64,000 bases of DNA from an uncultured virus (IMG/VR IMGVR_UViG_2687453124_000003) (Duplodnaviria > Heunggongvirae > Uroviricota > Caudoviricetes): IMG/VR virus record IMGVR_UViG_2687453124_000003. One strand, 5' to 3'. The position numbers and the translations under genes were made by a program. Position 1 is the stretch's first letter. Each line of letters begins with the position of its first letter. This document shows positions 57,738 to 64,000 of this stretch, one piece after another. The notes under the pieces were generated by a model. The model was not told the origin of the DNA. It ran no database searches and was given only the letters and a program-made list of their open reading frames with translations.

Positions 57738-58356
57738 CAGCGCACTACACATCGGAATCGACATCGACGGAGTGCTGGCCGACTATATGGCCGGAGTCGC
57801 CGCCGTTGGCCAGAGCATGGGGCTGACGATGGACGGATCGGCGAGCGGACCCACCAAATACGGCCTAGTGGAGCTCGGTTGGTTTCCTGACGATGAATCC
57901 GCGTCGAAGGCAATGGCCCAGTTGCGCGACAGCGGAGGCCTGCGCAAACTAGCGCTGCTTGACGCCGGAGCCGCCGCGGCTATCAGGCGCTTGCGCATTG
58001 CCGGCCATCGCGTATCGATCGTGACCGCCCGGCATTCCGGCGGACGCTACTCACAGTCGCGCGACGAGCAGCGCATCGCGCGCGAAACCATCGACTGGCT
58101 GACAGAACACGAAATCTTGCCCGACGACCTGAGATTTGAGCGGCGCAAGAGCGTGGTCGGCTGCCAGATCTACATCGATGACGCACCACACATCATCGAG
58201 GAACTGCGCCAGAACGGTCGCCGCGCCGTTGTCTACGACCAGCCGTACAACCGACACCTGCCAGGTGAGCGCGTATCCAATATGACTGAATTCGCCGAAT
58301 TGGTCCTGGCCGCAGCCGATGAACCCAAAACCGTAGGTGCGAAAGCATCGTTCTAG
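57730..58356 (+). CDS. HAD-family 5'(3')-deoxyribonucleotidase-like phosphatase
   Basis: GIDIDGVLAD, IVTAR, K....IYIDD.P, PYN. Confidence 0.8.
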   Translation: MVDSALHIGIDIDGVLADYMAGVAAVGQSMGLTMDGSASGPTKYGLVELGWFPDDESASKAMAQLRDSGGLRKLALLDAGAAAAIRRLRIAGHRVSIVTARHSGGRYSQSRDEQRIARETIDWLTEHEILPDDLRFERRKSVVGCQIYIDDAPHIIEELRQNGRRAVVYDQPYNRHLPGERVSNMTEFAELVLAAADEPKTVGAKASF

Positions 58357-58426
58357 GCCCACGAACGAGTCTGCTGCCCCTAATCGCTGGCGAGCCCATC
58401 GGCCGGAGATGTCAGAGTGTCCTGAT

Positions 58427-58445
58427 ATTCTCTAAAATAGAGAAA
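58427..58445. promoter_or_regulatory. 19-bp palindromic operator, copy 7 (ATTCTCTAAAATAGAGAAA)
   Basis: Contains TAAAAT; just upstream of the GAGG RBS of the next gene. Confidence 0.8.
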
Positions 58446-58453
58446 TAGATGAG

Positions 58454-58816
58454 GTGGTCATGAAGCAACTAGCTCGCCAAGAGAGCAGCACTGAGAACAC
58501 GACAACTCAGCCCTCCTTCATATGTGGGTTCGACGACGGAGCGAGGTCCACTGCGTGCACCAATCCGGCTCCCGACGATGCCAGTTATTGCAGCCAGCAC
58601 GACCCTGAGGTAGTCACTATCGAACGCAGCTACCTGGTCCGAGTGGTACAGACCTACACCGGCAGACTCCCCGAAAGCCGGGAGGAACGTACTGACGATG
58701 TCGACCAGTTCATTTGCGACAACTTTCTTTTGGTCAGCGACGAAACCGAGACCGTCGACGAGGACGAACTTCAGGTGATCCTGCGACACCCCGATGGATC
58801 AGCCGAAGCGCTCTGA
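58454..58816 (+). CDS. Hypothetical protein with Cys/His motif
   Basis: C...C.N......YC.QH. Confidence 0.55.
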   Translation: MVMKQLARQESSTENTTTQPSFICGFDDGARSTACTNPAPDDASYCSQHDPEVVTIERSYLVRVVQTYTGRLPESREERTDDVDQFICDNFLLVSDETETVDEDELQVILRHPDGSAEAL

Positions 58817-58861
58817 AATCTCCATTGACGCCACATCCACAACCCGAGAGGAACTCGGCTC

Positions 58862-59119
58862 ATGGCCAACGCAACGCACACGGTTCGGACAATCACTGAG
58901 CACCGGTTCACCGTGCCATGCGAATCGCCTCACGGCGGGAACTGGCAGGACTTCGACGTCGCACGCGCGATGGCCGAGAACGTCGCACGTGAGCAGGGCA
59001 TCAACACCGGGACCGACGGTTGGTCTCGGCTGCGCTGCGAAGATGATCAGTTGGTGATCGTCTTGACCATTGAAGGGCCGGACGAACTACCACCAGCTCA
59101 TAGGCCTGGCAATGTCTGA
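58862..59119 (+). CDS. Hypothetical protein
   Basis: 85 aa, GAGGA RBS. Confidence 0.5.
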   Translation: MANATHTVRTITEHRFTVPCESPHGGNWQDFDVARAMAENVAREQGINTGTDGWSRLRCEDDQLVIVLTIEGPDELPPAHRPGNV

Positions 59120-59588
59120 GCCCCCAACACTGCCCCCGTTCAGCGGTTATCCGCTGGATATGTTTGCGCCCATTGACATGGAGCGCCCCGGCCTCCAGCC
59201 ACCGGACACTCCCCTGGTTCGCATCCTGCGCCGCGGCCGCTCCGCCTACGAAGGTGGAGCTGTCAACTGGTTACATGAGGCCCGCGACGAGGTGAGCCGC
59301 CACAGTGAGACGGACTTCTTCGAACGATCGACTCAGCAGTGGGCGCATCCACCCGACGCCGATGGTTGGTTCTACAGCTACTGGAGCTATCCGGTACACA
59401 GTTGCGATCACGGCTGCGACGAGGAGCCCTTCGTCGATGTACGTGCCGTGCGCTGGGTGAACGCCGACCAGATCCCCGAGGGCGAACGCCACGTCGCGGG
59501 TCGACCGCTGAACCCAGATGGAACGCCGCATCAGCGCCGGCCCCAATCGACTCGTCGCCGCGGCTTCGCCCAAATCGCAGTCAACTAG
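59112..59588 (+). CDS. Hypothetical protein
   Basis: Start MSEPP overlaps the upstream stop. Confidence 0.45.
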   Translation: MSEPPTLPPFSGYPLDMFAPIDMERPGLQPPDTPLVRILRRGRSAYEGGAVNWLHEARDEVSRHSETDFFERSTQQWAHPPDADGWFYSYWSYPVHSCDHGCDEEPFVDVRAVRWVNADQIPEGERHVAGRPLNPDGTPHQRRPQSTRRRGFAQIAVN

Positions 59589-59634
59589 ACCCGCACTTTC
59601 TGCGTATCCGCAATTTCTGCGGTATTGTATCGCC

Positions 59635-60027
59635 ATGGATGACAGATACGACCAGATTCGCGAGGAGCTGCGCCAGGCCGAAAGCGCCACCGCTGCCGGC
59701 TCTCTGCCGCATCTTCGCGTTGCGGTCGATTTGGCGAGCCAGCTGATCGACGAGCACATGGCCGAAGCTGTTATCGACGGGAAACTCAGCATTCGCGCTG
59801 CCGGCGCCCAGGTCGGGCTGACCGAGAACTCGGTGGGACCGCGGCTGGCGCGAACCCCACAACTGAATCCCTACGCACGCGGTGACGGGCGGGTCACCGC
59901 GTCGGAGATCAATCGGGCCCGCTACGACCGCGAGGCCGGAATCCCCGCGCCGACACCAGCGGAGCAGCCCGAACCACTGCGATTCAAACCGCGCCGCAAC
60001 AACACTCAACCCAAGGAGACGAAATGA
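59635..60027 (+). CDS. Hypothetical protein, possible HTH
   Basis: LSIRAAGAQVGLTENSV segment; overlaps the vWA gene. Confidence 0.5.
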   Translation: MDDRYDQIREELRQAESATAAGSLPHLRVAVDLASQLIDEHMAEAVIDGKLSIRAAGAQVGLTENSVGPRLARTPQLNPYARGDGRVTASEINRARYDREAGIPAPTPAEQPEPLRFKPRRNNTQPKETK

Positions 60028-60662
60028 CCAACCCTGACCTCACCTGGATTCTGTTCCTACTCGACCGCTCCGGATCGATGAGGCGGATCAAAAAGGCCAC
60101 CGAAGAGGGTTTCGATGCCTTTATCGCCGAGCAGCGCAAGGCGCCCGGCCAGTGCGCGGTAACACTGGCCCAGTTCGATACCGAATACGAAGTTGTCTAC
60201 TCCCAGAGGCCACTCGATGAGGTTCCGCCGCTGACTCTGGTACCGCGCAACAGCACGGCTCTGCTCGACTCGATGGCCAACCTGATTGTGGAATCTGGGC
60301 TTCAGCTCGCAGAGCTGCCCGAAGCAGAGCGTCCAGGCACAGTGATCGTGGCGATCATGACCGACGGGCTGGAGAACGCAAGTCGCGAGTGGACGCACCC
60401 CATGCTCAAGGAGCTGGTTCAGCAGCAGACCGAGCAGTACGGCTGGCAGTTCCTGTACATGGGAGCCAACCAAGACGCGATCGAGGAAGGCGCCAAGCTT
60501 GGAGTGTCTGGTGACTACTCACTCGATTTCGCCGGGGCCAACGTGGGGCAGGCGATGACTGTCACCTCGCAGAATGTCGTGTCATATCGATCGGCGCGGT
60601 CTACCGATCTGACCGCGTCGATGCCGACATACACCGCCGAACAGCGGCGCTCATCAAAGTAG
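60024..60662 (+). CDS. von Willebrand factor A domain protein
   Basis: LLDRSGSM (MIDAS), TALLD, MTDGLENAS, FLYMGANQDA. Confidence 0.85.
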   Translation: MTNPDLTWILFLLDRSGSMRRIKKATEEGFDAFIAEQRKAPGQCAVTLAQFDTEYEVVYSQRPLDEVPPLTLVPRNSTALLDSMANLIVESGLQLAELPEAERPGTVIVAIMTDGLENASREWTHPMLKELVQQQTEQYGWQFLYMGANQDAIEEGAKLGVSGDYSLDFAGANVGQAMTVTSQNVVSYRSARSTDLTASMPTYTAEQRRSSK

Positions 60663-60863
60663 GCACACACCGCGACCGGCGTCTGGGGGTAGACCCCAGG
60701 CCCGGTCGCTTCTGCATGGTCAGACATGGCTCCTGGGCACAGCATCTGCTGCGAATTGATCCAGCTGCGGCCTCGCTGCTCCAGGTGCAAATAACAGCAA
60801 GAGACATCACGATGTTGTCACGTCCCTGGCGTGGTTCCCTTGGCTAGCGCGCTACCAGGGGAT

Positions 60864-60882
60864 ATTCTCCGCATTAGAGAAT
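60864..60882. promoter_or_regulatory. 19-bp palindromic operator, copy 8 (ATTCTCCGCATTAGAGAAT)
   Basis: 21 bp upstream of XRE regulator 2. Confidence 0.75.
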
Positions 60883-60903
60883 TTCTGGCCCCGAAAGGAC
60901 CCT

Positions 60904-61179
60904 ATGCCTGTCTCTCCGCAGCGGAAGTTCGAGCTACAGGATTCAGCTGTCGGTGACGCCCTCAACGCGGCGCGCCGGAAGGCTCAGCTCGAGTTGCAGG
61001 ACGCGGGACCGCTCGCCGGCCTTGATTGGCGAGTCCTTTCACGCATCGAGCGCGGCGAGCGACCCTGCCGTGTGACCGAGCTCGTGGCTCTCGCCGCCGC
61101 CTATTCACGCCCGCCGGAAACGATCCTGCTCGCAGCGACCGGGGACCCAGAAGCATGGAAAGAGCTTCTCAACCCGTAG
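60904..61179 (+). CDS. XRE-family HTH regulator 2
   Basis: DSAVG, AGL..RVLSRIERGERPCRVTE; paralogue of regulator 1. Confidence 0.8.
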   Translation: MPVSPQRKFELQDSAVGDALNAARRKAQLELQDAGPLAGLDWRVLSRIERGERPCRVTELVALAAAYSRPPETILLAATGDPEAWKELLNP

Positions 61180-62115
61180 CAGTCCGATTCCCCGGAGCAC
61201 GGCACCAACCCAATCTCGCCGATCACATCGTCGAAGGTTCCAAGCAAATCGCCTGCAATCTCGTTCGATATCTCTATAACCGAGAACGCATCGATTGCAC
61301 CAACATCTTTAGCGGTGGCCAGACGCTACACCGCCTGATCAGCTGAAACCACACTCTGCGGCCAAACGCAGCGCCTCACCTCCCCGAATTTAGCTGGGCA
61401 ATGTCGCTGACCAGTGATACCGTCAGCTCGTGACTTTGATACGCCTCGACCAGCGAGTTGCCGGGATGCAGACAGCATCACCGGCGGCTTTGTCGTGGCT
61501 GGAATCGGTCATCAAGACCCAAGAGCTCTCCACGGCCACGAGCCACGATTTCGGCCAGCCCAGACGCTTCCGGTCACCCCGATATGACCTATCCGCCCTC
61601 CCCGTGGGCGAGCGCCCCGATCGGAAGCAAGGGCCAGGGAACAAATCTCATAAAAATCTCAATATTTGCGTTTCTGCTGATAGGGATGTCCGCTGACACT
61701 CCCTTAGTTCATCACGCTTTGAATTACCTTGCCGCACAGCCGATTTAGATAAATTGTGCTTTACAAGACTCGTATTCCGTAGCACCATCATGTTCAGCAC
61801 GAACGAGAAGATCGCTCGATTCGCTGCCGCACGCGGGACGCTAAGGCGTTCTCCTGCCAGGACTTTGAAAACTCCAGAGTGTGTGATGCACCGCCCCTCA
61901 CGAGGGTCGATGAACAAGCCGTCTCGGCGCCCGGGGCTCCCAAGAGAGTCAATGACCGGTCAGCCAGTCGAGCATGCTCATCCTCAATCCTCCTGTCGGG
62001 GCGGTCCGCCGGGCGCCGCCATGCGCCCGGCCCTCATGCCAGCTTTCCGTTAGGAAGCAGGTATGAGTTCCGTTTGGTTGGATTGGTGTCAAATCCATTG
62101 CAACCAAACGGATAT

Positions 62116-62189
62116 GCGCCTCTAGCTCATCTGGCCAGAGCACCTGACTCTTAATCAGGGGGTACGGGGTTCGAGACCCCGGGGGCGTA
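62116..62189 (+). tRNA. tRNA-Lys(CTT)
   Basis: Cloverleaf; CCTGA-CTCTTAA-TCAGG; TTCGAGA T-loop. Confidence 0.9.
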
Positions 62190-62194
62190 CGTAG

Positions 62195-62675
62195 CGTGAC
62201 GTGCGGTGGAGTAGACCGCACACGTACCAGCGGGTGGTGCCGGGTACTGGGTACGCGGCCAAGGTGCCGCAACCGACCACCAATCGGCTCCTACCCACTC
62301 GCAGATTCTTCCGGTGTCAGAACCGGTTGGGGTGTGGGGACGGCACCCATAGGCGCGAGGTATACCGCCAACCGTCCACGGCTCGATTGCTCCGATCCCA
62401 CTCCTCCTTCGCAAGGCGGAGCGGCGCGGCATCTCACCGCGAAACGACAACCCGTTCACCCAGTAGGGGCACCTAACGGTGAGCGGCACGGTGCAGGGTA
62501 AGACACCTTCGAGTGGGTCGAATCAGAGAGGGACACCGGCACACCGGTGTGGCGCCGTGGACAGACACGGGGGCGATAATGCAGCCCTTGACGGAGCAGG
62601 AGCCGCCTCGTTCTGGCGGCAGGCTAGAAATCCGAACACCGAGTGGTCCCGTCGGGCGCAACAATCCGGGACACT
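62195..62675 (+). ncRNA. Large structured RNA, GOLLD-like candidate
   Basis: About 480 nt between tRNAs, many short stems, no credible ORF; GOLLD RNAs are known from mycobacterial tRNA arrays; boundaries approximate. Confidence 0.5.
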
Positions 62676-62747
62676 GCGAGCGTGGTCCAATGGCTACGAC
62701 CTCAGACTTCCAATCTGATGATGCGGGTTCGATTCCCGTCGCTCGCT
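62676..62747 (+). tRNA. tRNA-Gly(TCC)
   Basis: GCGAGCG/CGCTCGC acceptor; TCAGA-CTTCCAA-TCTGA. Confidence 0.9.
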
Positions 62748-62900
62748 CTTGGTGCCCACGACGGTGGGTAGGGACAGAGGACGGTCCCTTCGCCACGGGG
62801 TTCGATTCCCCGCGTTGGCTTCGGCCCGCGGTGCGGAACTGGTGATGCCAGCTGGTCGGTGCCAGGTACCGGATCACTGCCGACCTTCTCCAAACATCTC

Positions 62901-62985
62901 GGCCCTGTGGCGAAACATGGCAGCCGCGCCGGATTCAAACTCCGGTGTCCGACAGGACGTGTGGGTTCGATTCCCTCCAGGGCTA
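62901..62985 (+). tRNA. tRNA-Leu(CAA)
   Basis: CCGGA-TTCAAAC-TCCGG; long variable arm GTCC-GACA-GGAC. Confidence 0.88.
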
Positions 62986-63003
62986 CCGCGTCCGAATGAA
63001 CAA

Positions 63004-63075
63004 TGCCTTGTGGGGTAATCGGCAGCCCACTGGATTTTGGCTCCGGGAGTTCAGGTTCGAGCCCTGGCGAGGCAG
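63004..63075 (+). tRNA. tRNA-Gln(TTG)
   Basis: TGCCTTG/CGAGGCA acceptor; CTGGA-TTTTGGC-TCCGG. Confidence 0.85.
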
Positions 63076-63101
63076 CAGGTCGGCGGACCCGAAACGCACA
63101 T

Positions 63102-63173
63102 TGCCCGGTGGTCTAACGGCAGGACTCCTGATTCTGGATCAGGTCGGTGGAGGTTCGAATCCTCCCTGGGCAG
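63102..63173 (+). tRNA. tRNA-Gln(CTG)
   Basis: CCTGA-TTCTGGA-TCAGG; GGAGG-TTCGAAT-CCTCC. Confidence 0.9.
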
Positions 63174-63286
63174 CATCGCGAATTCCACTGTGCGGAGTTA
63201 ATCGCCCGCGTGGCAGTGGTCTTCGCAGGTGGCGTTCCAGGAGCATGTTCGACGCTATGGCCCCATTCCAGGATCGCCGCCACAAC

Positions 63287-63363
63287 GCCCTGATAGCTCA
63301 GTCCGGCCAGAGCGGCTGCCTTGTAAGCAGTGTCCGTCGCCGGTTCGAATCCGGCTTGGGGCT
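63287..63363 (+). tRNA. tRNA-Thr(TGT)
   Basis: GCTGC-CTTGTAA-GCAGT; GCCGG-TTCGAAT-CCGGC. Confidence 0.85.
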
Positions 63364-63383
63364 CTCCTGCGCCTTCGGGTGTT

Positions 63384-63458
63384 GCCGCCATAGCTCAGTG
63401 GCAGAGCGCTTTCTTGGTGAGAAAGAGGTCTCGGGTTCAACCCCCGATGGTGGCTCCA
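63384..63458 (+). tRNA. tRNA-Thr(GGT)
   Basis: CTTTC-TTGGTGA-GAAAG; encoded CCA. Confidence 0.85.
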
Positions 63459-63598
63459 CGGTTGTCGGTGACCAGCCCGCTGCGCGAGCGGCACGCGGAA
63501 CCGTCAGACTCGGCACTCCTCTGCCCACGCAGGGGTCATTGGCTGGCTAAGCCGCACCGAGCAAGTCAGCTGCAGCTGGCCGAAAGGCGTGGGTGTCT

Positions 63599-63674
63599 GT
63601 GGATGTAGCGCAGCTGGTAGCGCGTCTCGTTGCCAACGAGAAGGCCGCGGGTTCGAATCCCGTCTTCCACTCCA
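63599..63674 (+). tRNA. tRNA-Gly(GCC)
   Basis: TCTCG-TTGCCAA-CGAGA; encoded CCA; one T-T mismatch in the acceptor stem. Confidence 0.88.
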
Positions 63675-63808
63675 GCACTTCTCCCCTTCGCGGGAGGTGT
63701 GGGGGCTGGTTCCGGCCCCGGCGTCAACGGAGGGTTCGCGTGGACCCTGTACCGCCCGATTGAGGTTGGCGGACGCAGAGCGCAGGTAACCCCTGTGGCA
63801 GGACACAT

Positions 63809-63882
63809 GCCCCTCTGGCCCAACTGGCAGAGGCGTCGGCTTCAGGTGCCGAAGGTTCCCGGTTCGAATCCGGGGAGGGGTA
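63809..63882 (+). tRNA. tRNA-Leu(CAG), short variable loop
   Basis: TCGGC-TTCAGGT-GCCGA; 5-nt variable region AGGTT. Confidence 0.8.
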
Positions 63883-64000
63883 CAACGAGGCATGGCTCGA
63901 TAACCGGAGGTGACTCCGGGAAAGGTGGGTGTGACACCCCGCCGCCACATCTCTACGGGGATGTGGCACACCATGCACGGCTCCCGCAAGGAGTACCTGG

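Noticed and set aside
1671..60882. 19-bp repeats as CRISPR repeats or IS ends
   Set aside because: Copies are dispersed singly over 59 kb with no spacers, cas genes or transposase
61269..61287. Possible ninth operator copy (TATCTCTATAACCGAGAAC)
   Set aside because: Too many mismatches to the consensus, and no clear downstream gene
61423..63989. Numerous ORFs in the ORF track over the tRNA region
   Set aside because: They overlap tRNAs and structured RNA, and show no recognisable protein motifs
1..64000. Prophage interpretation
   Set aside because: Many phage-like genes, but no terminase, portal, capsid, tail, lysin or integrase was recognised; T7SS plus a tRNA array fits a plasmid/ICE better, though the rest of the element is unseen

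Overview
A GC-rich 64-kb segment of a large actinobacterial (mycobacterium-like) mobile element, most consistent with a conjugative megaplasmid or ICE. No virion, integrase, relaxase or rRNA genes were recognised. It contains: (i) a dispersed, divergent type VII secretion (ESX) system, with eccB-eccC at 51-57 kb, an slt/large substrate/espG/two WXG100-like operon at 14.7-19.9 kb, a PPE remnant, and an EccC-like/EccA-like double-ATPase fusion; (ii) a phage-like replication module, with an intein-bearing family A DNA polymerase, degenerate Prim-Pol, SF2 helicase, beta-clamp-like protein and an 89-bp inverted repeat around an AT-rich core (candidate origin); (iii) a tightly coupled NAD+/ADP-ribose operon (macrodomain, Prs-like, RyR-domain, NAMPT-like, NrtR-like) resembling the phage NARP1 anti-defence pathway, with its own candidate operator; (iv) two WhiA paralogues and two XRE paralogues, plus a 19-bp palindrome (ATTCTCYRTTTTAGAGAAT) at eight intergenic sites that suggests an element-wide regulon; (v) the start of a tRNA array (nine tRNAs) with a ~480-nt structured GOLLD-like RNA. 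All calls come from reading motifs by eye; no database searches were run.
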